Source: Vicinamibacteria bacterium (GTDB taxonomy: Bacteria > Acidobacteriota > Vicinamibacteria > Marinacidobacterales > Marinacidobacteraceae). Taken from it: a stretch of 64,000 bases of DNA. The notes beneath the pieces are model-generated. The model was given only the letters and a program-made list of their open reading frames with translations. It did not search any database and was not told where the DNA came from. Shown here piece by piece: positions 10,814-23,251 of this stretch. A program made the position numbers and the translations under genes. The stretch spans positions 1,743,385-1,807,384 of the forward strand of contig OZ220470.1 in NCBI GenBank assembly GCA_965115855.1. Direction: 5' to 3'. Each line of letters opens with the position of its first letter. Position 1 is the first letter of the stretch.

Positions 10814-13153
10814 ATGACCAGAGCCGAATATGTAATCCGGATTCTGATCGTGGCGGGCATGCTCAGCGCCTGCTCATCGCGTCCCCCGAAGACCCCGACC
10901 GTTCCAGCGGCCGGGAATCCGACACCCCCGCCATCAGCCAAGGCGCCGGAACCGGATCCCGCTCCGCCTCCCCCGTCGCGCGGCCTCCCGGACGCGCCGA
11001 AGGACGTCTGCATTCCGACCCATGCAAACGGCTGCGTTCCCGCTCCCGAGTTCAACCGGATGGCGACAGAGAAGGCGCCCGACTACGCCGGGCACTCCGG
11101 TTTCAAGGCGCAGTGGGGGCTCGAATCCATCAACGCGCACCTCGCCTACGCGCACGTGAACCTGCTGAAGGGGCCGGACGCGGCCCCGGGTGAAGGGGTC
11201 ATCATCGGCCTGGTCGACTCCGGCATCGACACCGAACATCCGGCCTTCGAGGGCAAGACCATTCACCAGGAGTTCCTGCTCGGAACCACCAGGGAAACCG
11301 GGGAGGAATTCTCCCATGGCACTGGGGTGGCAAGCGTCGCGGCCGGCATGCGAATCTCCGACCCCGACGCCGCACATGGAGTCGCCTGGGGGGCGGATCT
11401 TGCCGTCTGGGCGACTCCGCGCCCGGATTTGAAGGACGAGTCGATCACCTTGGCGGAACTCGCCGGGGAGGACGACTGGATCGCCTCGATCTTCCAGCCG
11501 GTCCTCGCCTGGAGCAGCGGAGGACGATCCGTCGACATCCTGAACCTGAGCTTCGGCTACGACGGCCTGATCGACGCATACTCCGAGGAAGGCCTTCGCG
11601 CGAACTTGCCGAAGACGATCGCCGCCCTCGCCCAGGCGGATGCACCCGACAAGACAATCCTGGTATGGGCGGCCGGGAATGGCCACGGCGGCAAGATCGA
11701 CGCCACCTCGGCCATGATCCTCGCAGGACTCGCGGCACGCATTGAGGAACTCCGTGGACACACGGTCGCGGTGGTCGCCCTGAGTCCCGACGGGGGCGGG
11801 ATCACCAATTTTTCGAACCGCTGCGGCATCGCCGCCGACTTCTGCATTGCCGCACCCGGGGAAGAGGTGAGAGTCGCCTCATTCGGGCCCGCACCGGGGG
11901 AACCGAACGGAGTCCGGAGCCACGAGGACGGGGCAGGGACGTCCCTTGCCGCCCCAATGGTCTCGGGCGGACTCGCGGTCATGAAGCAGCTCTTCCGGGA
12001 TCAGCTCACAAGCGAGGAACTGGTGACCCGACTCTTCGCCACCGCCGACAACACCGGCATCTACGCCGACCGCACCGTCTACGGCAACGGCCGCATGGAC
12101 CTCGGCGCCGCCACCTCCCCGGTCGGCGTGCTCGGCGTCCCCATCGAAACCACCGGCGTCCTGGCGACCGGCAACGCCGCCCTCCAGTCCACCCGACTGC
12201 GCCTCGGCGCCGCCTTCGGTGACGGCATCCAGGATGCCCTCGACGACCGCGAGATCATGTCCCTCGACAGCCTCGGCGCCCCCTTCTGGCATCGCCTCGA
12301 CGGGTTTGCGGTCACGACCGACGGCCCCTCGATGGCGGCCCGGCTCCGCAGCTTCCTCGGCCCCGATTCCGGGTCGGCGTTCACCGGCGACGGCGGCGCC
12401 AGCCTGCACCCGACCACCGCCGGGGTCCGCAGCGACATCCTGCGGATGCCCACCGCAACCGGCAGCGGGCACCTCGCCCTCGCCGAGGGGGCAGTGATGT
12501 TCAGCGCCTTCGGCCAGGCCGGCCTCTCCGCCACTGCGTTCACCACCGGAAACCGGCGCGCGGGAATGCCGGCCGCCGGTGCCGCCTTCGGCTGGCGACC
12601 GGGCGACCTTCCGGTCGGGATCCGCGCCGGCTGGATCGAGGAACGGGAGACCCTGCTCGGCAGCATGGGCCACGAGGCGTTCGGGAACCTCTCCGCCACC
12701 ACCGGCTTCGTCGGGATCGACAGCGGAGTCCAGGTGGGCCGCTGGCGGCTCGGCGGCAGCGGCGAGTTCGGCATGGCCCGCCCCGAGGTCCACGGGGGAA
12801 TCATCCAGGACATCTCGACGCTCGCCACCACCGCGTTCTCGGTGCACCTCGGGACCACGCTCGCGGATGCCGGCTCACTGGAGTTTTCGGTATCGCAGCC
12901 GCTGCGGGTGGAGGCCGGCCAGGCCGCGCTTCAAGTGCCGGCGGCCCGCACCCGGCAGGGGACGGTGACCTACCGCGGGTTCACGACCGATCTGGCCCCC
13001 GGAAATCGCCAGATCGACCTGACCGCACAATGGAACCGGCGACTCGGTCCGGGGGAATTCCGGTTGGGAGCGGTCCGCAGCCACCGAGCCGGACACCGGA
13101 AGGCGCTGGGCGCGCCGATGGCCCTCCTCTCCGGCTGGCGATGGACCTTCTGA
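10814..13153 (+). CDS. Subtilisin-like S8 protease lipoprotein/autotransporter-like, copy 5
   Basis: Start MTRAEYVIRILIVAGMLSAC within ORF 10775..13153; catalytic motifs; shares GNGHGG insertion type with copy 2. Confidence 0.8.
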   Translation: MTRAEYVIRILIVAGMLSACSSRPPKTPTVPAAGNPTPPPSAKAPEPDPAPPPPSRGLPDAPKDVCIPTHANGCVPAPEFNRMATEKAPDYAGHSGFKAQWGLESINAHLAYAHVNLLKGPDAAPGEGVIIGLVDSGIDTEHPAFEGKTIHQEFLLGTTRETGEEFSHGTGVASVAAGMRISDPDAAHGVAWGADLAVWATPRPDLKDESITLAELAGEDDWIASIFQPVLAWSSGGRSVDILNLSFGYDGLIDAYSEEGLRANLPKTIAALAQADAPDKTILVWAAGNGHGGKIDATSAMILAGLAARIEELRGHTVAVVALSPDGGGITNFSNRCGIAADFCIAAPGEEVRVASFGPAPGEPNGVRSHEDGAGTSLAAPMVSGGLAVMKQLFRDQLTSEELVTRLFATADNTGIYADRTVYGNGRMDLGAATSPVGVLGVPIETTGVLATGNAALQSTRLRLGAAFGDGIQDALDDREIMSLDSLGAPFWHRLDGFAVTTDGPSMAARLRSFLGPDSGSAFTGDGGASLHPTTAGVRSDILRMPTATGSGHLALAEGAVMFSAFGQAGLSATAFTTGNRRAGMPAAGAAFGWRPGDLPVGIRAGWIEERETLLGSMGHEAFGNLSATTGFVGIDSGVQVGRWRLGGSGEFGMARPEVHGGIIQDISTLATTAFSVHLGTTLADAGSLEFSVSQPLRVEAGQAALQVPAARTRQGTVTYRGFTTDLAPGNRQIDLTAQWNRRLGPGEFRLGAVRSHRAGHRKALGAPMALLSGWRWTF

Positions 13154-13460
13154 CCCGCCCTCGCTGACAGGGGGGACGTGCACGCAACCCCGAGATCCTG
13201 AACGACGGCCTCACCAAGCCATGCATCGGATCCCCGGAACCTGGCTGCCTCTTCGGGCCGTACCGGTCCCCGGGGGCGAGACGTCTCCGGAAGCACGGGA
13301 GCCGTTCCCGCAAGAAGCCTTCATCCACGGATCGTGGAGTTGCTGCGCGTCCCGGTCGGAACCCTTTGCCCAACCATCAGACCTGGTCCGAGGGCGAGGC
13401 CGGCCGACTCGGGAAGCCCCCGCGGGCGCGACGTATAAAGACGGCGCGAGCCGATCCGGA

Positions 13461-16400
13461 TTACGGGACCATCTCCGGCTCCGGATTCTCCGCCGCCTCC
13501 CGATGGGAATCCCGGTGCGCCTGGATCTCTTCGGGAAGCAGGAACCGGCGGTGTTCGCGGAGCCCGGAACCGGCCGGGACCAACCGGCCCATGATCACGT
13601 TCTCCTTGAGTCCGCGCAGGTAGTCCACCTTGCCATTCAGCGCGGCGTCGGTGAGCACCTTGGTGGTCTCCTGGAATGATGCGCCGGAAATGAAGCTGTC
13701 GGTGGCGAGCGAGGCCTTGGTCAAACCGAGCAACATCGGTTCCCCCTGAGCCGGCTTTCCCCCTTCCTGCTGCGCCTTCTGGTTCGCCTGGGCGAATTCA
13801 TGGCGCTCGATGACCGCGTCCACGATCAGTTCGGTATCTCCGACATCGGTCACCCGCACCCAGCGCATCATCCGGCTGATGATCACCTCGATGTGCTTGT
13901 CGTCGATCACGACCCCCTGGAGGCGGTACACCTCCTGGACCTCGTGCACCAGATACCGCTGGAGCTCCCCCTCGCCAAGCACCCGGAGGATATCGTGGGG
14001 GTTGCGTGGTCCGTCCATCAAGGGATCGCCGGCCCGCACGTCTTCCCCTTCCCGCACGCTGATGTGCACTCCGCGGGGAACCTCGTACTCGCGCACATCG
14101 TCGGTGACCTGGGAAATCACCCGGATCACCCGCTTGCCCTTGCGGATTTCACCGTGCTCGAGACGCCCGTCGATCTCGCTGATGAGAGCCGGGGAACGCG
14201 GCGGGCGGGCCTCGAAAAGCTCCACCACCCGGGGCAAACCGCCGGTGATGTCCTTGGTCTTGGTCGTCTCCCTCGGAATCTTTGCCAGCACATCGCCCGG
14301 ATGGACCACATCGTCCGGACCGACCTCCAGGTGGGCGCGCGACGGCATCAGGTAGCTGCGCAGCACTTCCCCGTCGGCGCCGACGATATGGATTCGCGGC
14401 TCGCGGGTATCGTCTTGGGATTCGATGATGACTGCCTGGGAGCGGAAGGTGACGGGATCCACCTCCTGCACCATGGTGATGTCGGGAAGGATGTCCTCGA
14501 ACTTCACGACTCCGCCCTCTTCGCCGAGGATCGAGAAACTGTAGGGATCCCACTCCACGATGATCTGTCCGGCGGTCACCTTGCCGCCTTCGGCCGTCTT
14601 GATCCGGGCGCCGTATACCACCGGATGGTTCTCCAGCGCGTGGCCGTGTTCCCCGACGACTTCGATCGCGCCAGCCCGATTGATCACCACCAGGTTGCCA
14701 TGCCGGTCCTCCACCGTGCGCAGATCCGAAAGACGAATGACCCCGTCGTGCCTGGCCTCGATCGCCGAGTTCTCGAACACGCTTGCGGTCCCGCCGATGT
14801 GGAAGGTGCGCATGGTGAGCTGGGTGCCGGGTTCGCCGATGGACTGCGCCGCGATGATCCCCACCGCCTCGCCGAGATCCACCAGCCGCCGGGTCGCCAG
14901 GTTGCGTCCATAGCACTTCGCGCAGACACCGCGAACTGCCTCGCAAGTCAACACCGAACGGATCTTGACGCGCGGGACGCCGGACGCCTCGATGTCGCTC
15001 GCCTTCTCTTCCGAGATCTCTTCCCCCGCATCCACGATCAGTTCGCCATGGAAATCCTTGACCTGCTCGAGACTCACCCGACCGACGATCCGGTCCTGAA
15101 GGGGTTCGATGACCTCCCCGGCCTCGATGATGGGCTCGGCGTAGATCCCGCGCGGCGTGGCGCAATCCACCATCGTCACGATGACGTCCTGGGCGACGTC
15201 CGCAAGACGCCGGGTCAGATATCCGGCATCCGCGGTGCGCAGGGCGGTGTCCGCAAGCCCCTTGCGGGCGCCGTTGGTGGAAATGAAGTACTGGATGACG
15301 CTCAAACCCTCGCGGAAGTTGCTGGTGATGGGCGTCTCGATGATCTCCCCGGAGGTCTTGGCCATCAGTCCGCGCATGCCGGCAAGTTGCCGGATCTGCT
15401 TCTCGCTTCCGCGCGCGCCGGAGTCCACCATCATGAACACCGGATTGAAACGCCCGGTCTCCTGCTCGCGGGACTCCATGGTGGCGAGCATGTCCTCCGC
15501 CACCTTGTTCGTGGCGCCCGACCAGACATCGATGACCTTGTTGTAGCGCTCGCCCTTGGTGATGGCGCCCTCCTGGTACTGCTCGTCCACCCGACCGACC
15601 TCGGCCTTCGCCGCCTCCACCAGACCCACCTTGTTGGGGGGCACCACCAGATCCCCGAGACCGATCGAGGCGCCGCTCCGGGTCGCGTACTCGAAGCCGA
15701 GTTCCTTGAGTTCGTCAAGAATGACGCCGGTCTCTTCGAGGTCGTAACGCAGATGGATATAGCGAACCAGGCTCTGGATGCCCCGCTTCCTGAGCACACC
15801 GTTCACGAACGGCATGTCGGCGGGAAGGCGCTCGTTCAGGATCACCCGGCCCACGGTGGTGCGGATCCGCTCCCCGTCCATGCGAACCGGTTCCATCCGG
15901 GTGAGGTTCTGGCTGTCGTGAGTCTCGAGCACCTCACCGGTACAGCGCAGGGAAATGGGGGTCAGGGTCCCCACCGAACCGCTGTCCCGGGCGAAGAGCA
16001 CTTCATCCACCGACCCGAACGACTTGATCTCCTTCGGGGGGATGACCTGGGGCTTGGTGAGGTAGTAGAGCCCGAGAACCATGTCCTGGGTCGGGACGGC
16101 CAGCGGACCGCCGTGGGCCGGTGAAAGGATGTTGCGCGAGGACCGCATCAGGAGAGCGGCCTCGGCCTGGGCTTCCGGAGATAGCGGCACATGCACCGCC
16201 ATCTGGTCGCCATCGAAGTCGGCGTTGAACGCGCTGCAGACCAGCGGGTGGATACGGATTGCCTTTCCCTCCACCAGCACCGGTTCGAAAGCCTGGATGC
16301 CGAGCCGGTGGAGGGTCGGAGCGCGATTCAGCAACACCGAATGGTCGCGGATGACCTCCTCCAGATAGTCCCAGACTTCGGGACGCTGCTCTTCGACAAG

Positions 16401-17798
16401 TTCCCGCGCCTGCTTGATGGTGGCCGCCAGCCCCTCGTGCTCCAGTCGGTTGAACAGGAACGGCTTGAAGAGCTCGAGGGCCATCTTCTTGGGAAGCCCG
16501 CACTGGTGCAGCTTCAGCTCCGGCCCGACCACGATGACCGAACGGCCGGAATAGTCCACCCGCTTGCCGAGAAGATTCTGTCGGAACCGGCCCTGCTTGC
16601 CCTTGAGGGTGTCCGAGAGGGACTTGAGCGGACGGCTGTTGGCGCCCTTGATCACCCGCCCCCGGCGGCCGTTGTCGAAAAGCGCGTCCACCGCCTCCTG
16701 CAGCATCCGCTGCTCGTTGCGCACGATGACGTCCGGCGCGCGCAACTCCAGCAGCCGCTTCAGACGGTTGTTGCGGTTGATGACCTTCCGGTAGAGCTCG
16801 TTCAGATCGCTGGTGGCGTAACGGCCGCCATCGAGCTGGACCAGCGGTCGAAGGTCCGGCGGGATGACGGGAATCGCCTCCATGATCATCCATTCCGGCA
16901 GGTTGCCGGAACGCCGGAAGGCATCCACCACCTTGAGCCGCTTGGCGGCCTTGGCCCGCTTCTGGATCGACTTCGCTTCCCGCATGTCCACGCGCAGCGT
17001 GACCGAAAGTTCGTCGAGATTCGCTGCTCGCAACAGCTCCTTGACTGCCCCGGCGCCCATCCCCAACCGATAGACTGTTCCCGGACGGCGCATCTTCTCC
17101 CGGAACTCGTTGTCGGTCCGCCCGAACAGCCTCTTCAGCAGCCGATCCTGTTCGTCGGTGACCACCTGACCCACGCGGAGCGTTCCCAGCCGGATGGTGC
17201 GAATCCGGTACTCGTCGTCATCATGATCCACCGCGAAGGCGAACAGCGACTGGAGCAGCTCCACATCCTCGCGCAGCAGCTTCTGGTCCTGCTCCTTGAG
17301 CAACTCCAGGTCCAAGTCACCGGGCTCGAGCACCACATGGGACTCGTAGTACAGGACCCGTTCGAGTTCCCGGGGGGTGAGATCAAGGATCTGCCCGATT
17401 CGGCTGGGTGGCACCTTGAAGAACCAGACATGCGAGACCGGACACGCCAATTCGATGTGTCCCAAACGGTTGCGGCGCACCGAAGCCTGAGTGACTTCGA
17501 CCCCGCACTTGTCGCAGATCACGCCCCGGTGCTTCATGCGCTTGTACTTGCCGCACAGGCATTCCCAATCGGTGACCGGTCCGAATATCTGCGCGCAGAA
17601 GAGGCCGCCGCGCTCCGGTTTCTGCGTCCGGTAATTGATCGTCTCGGCCTTCGTCACCTCGCCATGGGACCAGGCACGGACCCGCTCCGGAGACGCGATC
17701 GAAATCTTGATCGCGTCGAAATCGGAGCTGAACGCCTCTTTCTCCTCGAGTTCCGGGAATACGCCGGTCGCGTCGCGACTCGTGGGTTGCGTGGACAT
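13461..17798 (-). CDS. rpoC: DNA-directed RNA polymerase subunit beta'
   Basis: 1445 aa; N-terminus ...[49 protein letters not shown]... (zinc-binding), NADFDGD active-site motif. Confidence 0.97.
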   Translation of the reverse strand: MSTQPTSRDATGVFPELEEKEAFSSDFDAIKISIASPERVRAWSHGEVTKAETINYRTQKPERGGLFCAQIFGPVTDWECLCGKYKRMKHRGVICDKCGVEVTQASVRRNRLGHIELACPVSHVWFFKVPPSRIGQILDLTPRELERVLYYESHVVLEPGDLDLELLKEQDQKLLREDVELLQSLFAFAVDHDDDEYRIRTIRLGTLRVGQVVTDEQDRLLKRLFGRTDNEFREKMRRPGTVYRLGMGAGAVKELLRAANLDELSVTLRVDMREAKSIQKRAKAAKRLKVVDAFRRSGNLPEWMIMEAIPVIPPDLRPLVQLDGGRYATSDLNELYRKVINRNNRLKRLLELRAPDVIVRNEQRMLQEAVDALFDNGRRGRVIKGANSRPLKSLSDTLKGKQGRFRQNLLGKRVDYSGRSVIVVGPELKLHQCGLPKKMALELFKPFLFNRLEHEGLAATIKQARELVEEQRPEVWDYLEEVIRDHSVLLNRAPTLHRLGIQAFEPVLVEGKAIRIHPLVCSAFNADFDGDQMAVHVPLSPEAQAEAALLMRSSRNILSPAHGGPLAVPTQDMVLGLYYLTKPQVIPPKEIKSFGSVDEVLFARDSGSVGTLTPISLRCTGEVLETHDSQNLTRMEPVRMDGERIRTTVGRVILNERLPADMPFVNGVLRKRGIQSLVRYIHLRYDLEETGVILDELKELGFEYATRSGASIGLGDLVVPPNKVGLVEAAKAEVGRVDEQYQEGAITKGERYNKVIDVWSGATNKVAEDMLATMESREQETGRFNPVFMMVDSGARGSEKQIRQLAGMRGLMAKTSGEIIETPITSNFREGLSVIQYFISTNGARKGLADTALRTADAGYLTRRLADVAQDVIVTMVDCATPRGIYAEPIIEAGEVIEPLQDRIVGRVSLEQVKDFHGELIVDAGEEISEEKASDIEASGVPRVKIRSVLTCEAVRGVCAKCYGRNLATRRLVDLGEAVGIIAAQSIGEPGTQLTMRTFHIGGTASVFENSAIEARHDGVIRLSDLRTVEDRHGNLVVINRAGAIEVVGEHGHALENHPVVYGARIKTAEGGKVTAGQIIVEWDPYSFSILGEEGGVVKFEDILPDITMVQEVDPVTFRSQAVIIESQDDTREPRIHIVGADGEVLRSYLMPSRAHLEVGPDDVVHPGDVLAKIPRETTKTKDITGGLPRVVELFEARPPRSPALISEIDGRLEHGEIRKGKRVIRVISQVTDDVREYEVPRGVHISVREGEDVRAGDPLMDGPRNPHDILRVLGEGELQRYLVHEVQEVYRLQGVVIDDKHIEVIISRMMRWVRVTDVGDTELIVDAVIERHEFAQANQKAQQEGGKPAQGEPMLLGLTKASLATDSFISGASFQETTKVLTDAALNGKVDYLRGLKENVIMGRLVPAGSGLREHRRFLLPEEIQAHRDSHREAAENPEPEMVP

Positions 17799-17811
17799 GT
17801 TCCGGACTCCT

Positions 17812-20800
17812 TCAGTTCTTGGCGCGAATGAGCTCGATGTCGAGACCGAGACTCTGCAGTTCCGCCATCAGTACCTTGAATGACGCCGGCACTTCGGGTG
17901 CGTATCCGGTGTCGCCCTTGACAATGGCTTCGTAGACCCGGGCCCGACCCCGAACATCGTCGGACTTCACGGTGAGAATTTCCTGGAGGGTATGCGCCGC
18001 TCCATAGGCTTCAATGGCCCACACTTCCATCTCGCCGAAACGCTGCCCCCCGAACTGGGCCTTCCCGCCAAGCGGCTGCTGGGTGATCAGGCTGTACGGT
18101 CCGATGCTCCGGGCGTGCATCTTGTCATCCACCAGATGACCGAGTTTCAGCATGTAGATGTAGCCCACGGTAACCGGCTGCTCGAACGGCTCGCCGGTGC
18201 GTCCGTCGTAGAGTTCCGTCTTCCCCTCGTCAAGGACGTTGGGCCGGAATGCCTGCGTCTTGCGGGCTACTTCGTTTGCCTCGTCCAGGAGCCCGCGGAT
18301 GTCGTCTTCGCGGGCGCCGTCGAAAACAGGCGTTGCGAAGCTCCGGCCCAGGACCTTGGCAACCCATCCGAGATGGGTTTCGAGAACCTGACCGATATTC
18401 ATGCGCGAGGGAACGCCCAACGGATTGAGCACGATGTCCACCGGCGTACCATCGGGCAGGTACGGAAGGTCCTCCATGGGGACGATCTTCGCAATGACAC
18501 CCTTGTTGCCATGGCGCCCGGCCATCTTGTCGCCCACGCTCAGCTTGCGCTTCATGGCGATGTAGACCTTCACCATCTTGATTACGCCGGGGGGGAGGTC
18601 GTCGCCCTGGGACGCGATGTCCTTCTGCTCCTGGCAACGCACATCCAGAAGCTCGAGCTGCTCCTCGGTCTTCTCGTGGATTTCCTGGATCTCCTCCCGC
18701 ACTTCGGAACCAAGGTCGGTCTCGAGCAGGGGAACGAAATCCATCTTTTCCTCGAGCAGCGATCGGGTGAGGCGGGTTCCCTTCGGGATTTCCACCTCGT
18801 TGATCGCCGGATTCATGCAATCCTCGACCAGCTTCGCACCGATCATGCGGCGCACGATCCGCTTGTCGGCCTCCTCCTTGAGAATCCGGGCCTCGTCCTG
18901 GTGATCGCGGTCGATCGCGGCCACATCCTCTTCTTCGATTTCGAGGGCGCGCTGATCCTTGTCGGCATCCTTGCGGTGGAAGACCCGGACATCCACGACC
19001 ACGCCCTCCACGCCGGAAGGACACTTGAGCGAGGAGTTCTTCACATCGCCGGCCTTGTCACCAAAGATGGCGCGAAGCAACTTCTCTTCGGGGGTGAGCT
19101 GGGTCTCCGCCTTCGGGGTCACGCGACCCACCAGAATGTCTCCCGGCGAAACCCGCGCTCCGATCCGGACGATGCCGGACTCGTCGAGGTGCCGCAGGAA
19201 GGTCTCGGCGACATTGGGGACTTCGCGGGTGATGGTCTCCGGCCCCAGCTTGGTGTCGCGAGCCTGGACCGAATGCTCTTCGATGTGAATCGAGGTGTAC
19301 ACATCGTCCTGAACCAGCCGCTCCGACACGACGATGGCGTCTTCGAAGTTGTATCCGCGCCAAGGCATAAAGGCCACCAGCACATTGCGTCCGAGCGCCA
19401 GTTCCCCCTGGTCGGTGCAGGGGCCGTCGGCGATGACCTGCCGCTTCGTCACCCGGTCTCCAACCCCCACGATCACCTTCTGGTTGATCGCGGTGTTCTG
19501 GTTCGAGCGGCGGAATTTCTTGAGCCGGTAGATGCTGGCGCCGATATCCACCTCGCCATCTTCGTCGACGTCGCGCCGAACGATGATCCGCCGGCCATCC
19601 ACCGTGTCCACAATGCCGTTATCCCGGCTCACGATGACCGATCCCGAATCGCGGGCGGTCACGTGCTCCATGCCGGTACCCACCAGCGGCGCTTCGGAGT
19701 GAATCAGGGGCACCGCCTGGCGCTGCATGTTGGAACCCATCAGCGCCCGGTTGGCGTCATCGTTTTCGAGGAAGGGAACCAGGGAAGCCGCCACCGAGAC
19801 AATCTGCCTCGGCGAAACATCGATGAACTCCACGCGCTCCCGAGGCGACGGGACAAACTCGCCTTCGTGCCGACAGTTGACCCACTCGTCCAGCAGCTCG
19901 CCACCCGCGCCGACCCGGGCGTTGGCCTGGGCGATGGTATGGCGTTCCTCCTCGAGCGCGGACAGGTAGAACGCATGCGGCGTCAGCGCCGGCTGCCGTT
20001 TCCTCTTGCCGAGCCGCGACACCACCTTGTCCGCTTCCCCGCGGCTCAGTACCGCGCCCTTATCGAGGCTGGTGTCTCCCGGATCCTCCACCCGAACGTA
20101 GTCCACGATCCGACCGCCCTCCACCTTGCGGTAGGGGCTCTGGATGAAACCGTAGTCGTCGATCTTCGCGTAGCAGGAAAGGGAGCTGATCAGTCCGATG
20201 TTCGGACCCTCCGGGGTCTCGATCGGGCAGATGCGCCCATAGTGGGTGGCATGAACGTCGCGCACGTCGAACTTCGCCCGGTCGCGTGAAAGACCGCCAG
20301 GACCGAGCGCCGAGAGCCGCCGCTTGTGGGTGATCTCCGACAGCGGATTGGTCTGCTCCATGAACTGGGAGAGCTGGGATGCCCCGAAGAACTCGCGCAC
20401 CGCCGCCGACACCGGCTTCGCGTTGATCAGGTCCCGCGGCATCGCCGTGGTCATCTCCTGATACACATTCATCTTCTCGCGGATCGCTCGCTCCATCCGC
20501 ACCAGGCCGAGACGGAACTGGTTCTCGAGCAGTTCGCCAACCGACCGAACCCGCCGGTTGCCGAGGTGATCGATGTCGTCGGCTCGATACCCGGTCTCGC
20601 CCTGGCTGAGTCGGAGCAGGTACTGCAACACATTGATGAAGTCATCCTCGGTCAGCGTGGTCTGACGCGGGTCCATCGAACATTTGAGCTTGGTGGCCAA
20701 CTTGCGCCGACCGACGCGGGAGAAGTCGTACTTCTGTTCGTTGAAGAACAGGTTGCGCAACAGGGTGCGGGAACTCTCGACTGTGGGTTGATCCCCCGGA

Positions 20801-22035
20801 CGCTGCCGCCGGTACAACTCGACCAAGGCGCCCTCCACGCTCTCCGCGTTCGGGGTCTCCCCGCCTCGCAGGCGGGTCAGGGGATCCTTGGCGAGGGTCT
20901 CGGCAACATAGGGGCCCACCGGATCCACATGGGGCACGATCACCGGCAGGGTGTCGAGACCATGCAGCTCGGTCAGCACTTCGGCGGTAATCGCCGTATT
21001 CGCCGGAATCTCCTCGCCGGTGTCCGGCACCGTGACCGGTCGCGCCAGCCGGAAGCCTCCGAGCGCTTCGACCTGGAAATCGAGATGGCTCGGCGCCTTG
21101 CGGTCCAGAATCCGAAGCTCCCGGGAACCGATGCGCCGGGATCCCTTGACCAGGACCTCGTCGCCCGACTGCAGGTCACGCTCGATGCGCTGGTCGCGCA
21201 GCAGCGTCTTCAAGTCATCGGTGTAGGGAATACGGAGCCCGGTGGAAGTGATCTCCGCCTCCTGAATGGTGTAGAAACGCTCGATGATCGTCTCGGTCTT
21301 CCCGAGTCCCAACGCCCGCAGCAGAACGGTGCCGGGAAATCGCTTCTTGCGGTCGATGCGGACTTGCAGCATCCCCTTGGCATCAGTCTCGAATTCCAGC
21401 CACGACCCCCGGTAGGGCACGACCTGGGCCACATGGACGTCACGTTCCGGATGGCTGAAGAACACACCCGGCGAGCGATGGAGCTGCGAGACAACCACCC
21501 GCTCGGTACCGTTGATGATGAAGGTGCCGTTCTCGGTCATCAGCGGGATGTCACCGAAGAAGACCTCCTCCTCCTTGATGTCATGGATGGACCGCTGATT
21601 GGTCTCCGCATCCCGGTCCCATACGGTCAAGCGGATCTTCACCCGCAGCGGCACGCCGAAGGTCTTTCCCCGCTGCTGGCACTGTTCGACATCGTGTTCG
21701 ACCTTGAGGTGGACCCGATCCCCGCAGTAACCACAGACGGAATCCTGTTCCGCATGGTGGATCCCCTCCAGATCCCCGCAACTGCAAGCCCAGCTCCCCA
21801 CCGAGTACTCGAGAAAATCCAGTTCGCAGTTGTCGCGGAAATCCTTGATCGGGAAGATGGACTGGAAGACCGCCTGGAGACCGATCTCCTCCCGATCCGC
21901 GGGCTGGACGTCCTTCTGGAGGAACCGCTCGTAGGACCGGTGCTGGACCTCGATCAGGTCCGGCAACGGAATGGAGGCGTGTATACGGGAAAAGGAGTGC
22001 CGCTCCCGTACGGTTGCGGAATCGCTGATCAACAT
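17812..22035 (-). CDS. rpoB: DNA-directed RNA polymerase subunit beta
   Basis: Start taken at [31 protein letters not shown] (aligns with E. coli rpoB N-term) inside ORF 17812..22131; conserved rpoB blocks throughout. Confidence 0.95.
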   Translation of the reverse strand: MLISDSATVRERHSFSRIHASIPLPDLIEVQHRSYERFLQKDVQPADREEIGLQAVFQSIFPIKDFRDNCELDFLEYSVGSWACSCGDLEGIHHAEQDSVCGYCGDRVHLKVEHDVEQCQQRGKTFGVPLRVKIRLTVWDRDAETNQRSIHDIKEEEVFFGDIPLMTENGTFIINGTERVVVSQLHRSPGVFFSHPERDVHVAQVVPYRGSWLEFETDAKGMLQVRIDRKKRFPGTVLLRALGLGKTETIIERFYTIQEAEITSTGLRIPYTDDLKTLLRDQRIERDLQSGDEVLVKGSRRIGSRELRILDRKAPSHLDFQVEALGGFRLARPVTVPDTGEEIPANTAITAEVLTELHGLDTLPVIVPHVDPVGPYVAETLAKDPLTRLRGGETPNAESVEGALVELYRRQRPGDQPTVESSRTLLRNLFFNEQKYDFSRVGRRKLATKLKCSMDPRQTTLTEDDFINVLQYLLRLSQGETGYRADDIDHLGNRRVRSVGELLENQFRLGLVRMERAIREKMNVYQEMTTAMPRDLINAKPVSAAVREFFGASQLSQFMEQTNPLSEITHKRRLSALGPGGLSRDRAKFDVRDVHATHYGRICPIETPEGPNIGLISSLSCYAKIDDYGFIQSPYRKVEGGRIVDYVRVEDPGDTSLDKGAVLSRGEADKVVSRLGKRKRQPALTPHAFYLSALEEERHTIAQANARVGAGGELLDEWVNCRHEGEFVPSPRERVEFIDVSPRQIVSVAASLVPFLENDDANRALMGSNMQRQAVPLIHSEAPLVGTGMEHVTARDSGSVIVSRDNGIVDTVDGRRIIVRRDVDEDGEVDIGASIYRLKKFRRSNQNTAINQKVIVGVGDRVTKRQVIADGPCTDQGELALGRNVLVAFMPWRGYNFEDAIVVSERLVQDDVYTSIHIEEHSVQARDTKLGPETITREVPNVAETFLRHLDESGIVRIGARVSPGDILVGRVTPKAETQLTPEEKLLRAIFGDKAGDVKNSSLKCPSGVEGVVVDVRVFHRKDADKDQRALEIEEEDVAAIDRDHQDEARILKEEADKRIVRRMIGAKLVEDCMNPAINEVEIPKGTRLTRSLLEEKMDFVPLLETDLGSEVREEIQEIHEKTEEQLELLDVRCQEQKDIASQGDDLPPGVIKMVKVYIAMKRKLSVGDKMAGRHGNKGVIAKIVPMEDLPYLPDGTPVDIVLNPLGVPSRMNIGQVLETHLGWVAKVLGRSFATPVFDGAREDDIRGLLDEANEVARKTQAFRPNVLDEGKTELYDGRTGEPFEQPVTVGYIYMLKLGHLVDDKMHARSIGPYSLITQQPLGGKAQFGGQRFGEMEVWAIEAYGAAHTLQEILTVKSDDVRGRARVYEAIVKGDTGYAPEVPASFKVLMAELQSLGLDIELIRAKN

Positions 22036-22204
22036 GGAAAACACCGCGGACGGACATTTCCGGGCCGGAATTCCAGCCTGGACACGCCCCCGGAAGACAC
22101 CCGGCGCCGGGCGCCCGCCATCAGCAGGCACCCGGCCGCCGGAGGAAGAAGGAAGACCCGTCGGATCCGGGAAAAGGCCACAGCCACCAAATCGTTACTG
22201 CGAC

Positions 22205-22585
22205 CTACCTGATCTCGACCTTGGCTCCCACTTCTTCGAACATCGCGGCGGTTTCCTTGGCCTCGTCCATCGGAACGCCCTCCTTGACCGGCTTGGGCGC
22301 CTCGTCCACGAAGCCCTTGGCTTCGCGCAGACCGAGACTCGTCACTTCGCGGACCGCCTTGATGACCTGGAGTCGCTTGGGGCCGACGTCGACCAGGACA
22401 ACATCGAACTCGGTCTGCTCGGCGGCCGGCTGGGCGCCGCCGGCATCACCACCGACTGCCGCCGCCGGCATGGCCGCCGCCGCGGAAACACCAAGCTCCT
22501 GCTCGAGGGCCTTGACCAGCTCGGAAAGCTCGAGCACGGTGAGGGACTTGATGTGCGCAACCACATCCTGCTGTGTTATGGACAT
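22205..22585 (-). CDS. rplL: 50S ribosomal protein L7/L12
   Basis: 126 aa; MSITQQDVVAHIKSLTVLELSELVKALEQELGV...Ala/Gly hinge...KEAKGFVDEAPKPVKEGV... Confidence 0.97.
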   Translation of the reverse strand: MSITQQDVVAHIKSLTVLELSELVKALEQELGVSAAAAMPAAAVGGDAGGAQPAAEQTEFDVVLVDVGPKRLQVIKAVREVTSLGLREAKGFVDEAPKPVKEGVPMDEAKETAAMFEEVGAKVEIR

Positions 22586-22675
22586 TCTGACGGAGACTCC
22601 TTGCTTGGGGGAAACTCGGGAAAGCGGAAACTTCGGAGGCCGGAACCGCCGGAGCGAGTCGGGACGCGCAACGGC

Positions 22676-23203
22676 TCAGGCGTCGCCTCCGGCAGCCTTC
22701 TGTTCAGCCGCCCTCAGCACGAGGACGAATTTACGGGGAACGCCTTCGAGGACGTTCATCAGATTGCGGATCGGCGCCGCGATGGTTCCGACAACCTGCG
22801 CGCGCAGGACTTCGATTCCCGGCAGCCTGGCGAACTGTTCGAACTCGTCGGGACCGATGGGGGCGCCACCGAGCACACCCGCCTTGAACCGGAAAGCCTC
22901 GTATTCCTCGGAGCTTTCGTGAAGCGCCTTCGCGAGGGAAACCGGATCTTCCGCGCTCCACGCAAAACCGGTCATCCCGACCAGGTGATCGTCCAGCCCG
23001 GTGATTCCGACGTCCTTGAGCGCCCAGCGCGCCGTCGAGTTCTTGACGACCCGGTACACCCCTCCGGATTCGCGAATCCGACGGCGCACGTCGTCCACTT
23101 CCTGGACCTTCAACCCGCGGTAGTCGAACGTAAACACCGCGCCGCCCTTGCGGATTTCCTGTGCGAGGACGGTGGCTGCGAGCTGTTTTTCCTGGCGCTG
23201 CAT
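22676..23203 (-). CDS. rplJ: 50S ribosomal protein L10
   Basis: 175 aa; position upstream of rplL; L10-like sequence. Confidence 0.93.
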   Translation of the reverse strand: MQRQEKQLAATVLAQEIRKGGAVFTFDYRGLKVQEVDDVRRRIRESGGVYRVVKNSTARWALKDVGITGLDDHLVGMTGFAWSAEDPVSLAKALHESSEEYEAFRFKAGVLGGAPIGPDEFEQFARLPGIEVLRAQVVGTIAAPIRNLMNVLEGVPRKFVLVLRAAEQKAAGGDA

Positions 23204-23251
23204 GAGGTTTGTCCCGGAGTGTGCTCCTGATCTTGCGATCCCTGCCTGTCT

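Larger units (their letters stand above)
517..13153 (+). repeat. Tandem array of five paralogous ~2.4-2.7 kb S8-protease/autotransporter gene units with mosaic similarity
   Basis: Identical antisense ORF translations recur at 2421..2609, 4909..5097, 7514..7702, 10185..10373; every unit ends ttctgacccgc...; units 3 and 4 share ~1.1 kb of identical 3' sequence (offset 2671 bp). Confidence 0.9.

Noticed and set aside
13800-22212. Long plus-strand ORFs (13800..16124, 16191..17831, 17992..20289, 20326..22212) opposite rpoC and rpoB
   Set aside because: Antisense to unambiguous RNA polymerase genes. Composition-driven. No recognisable domains.
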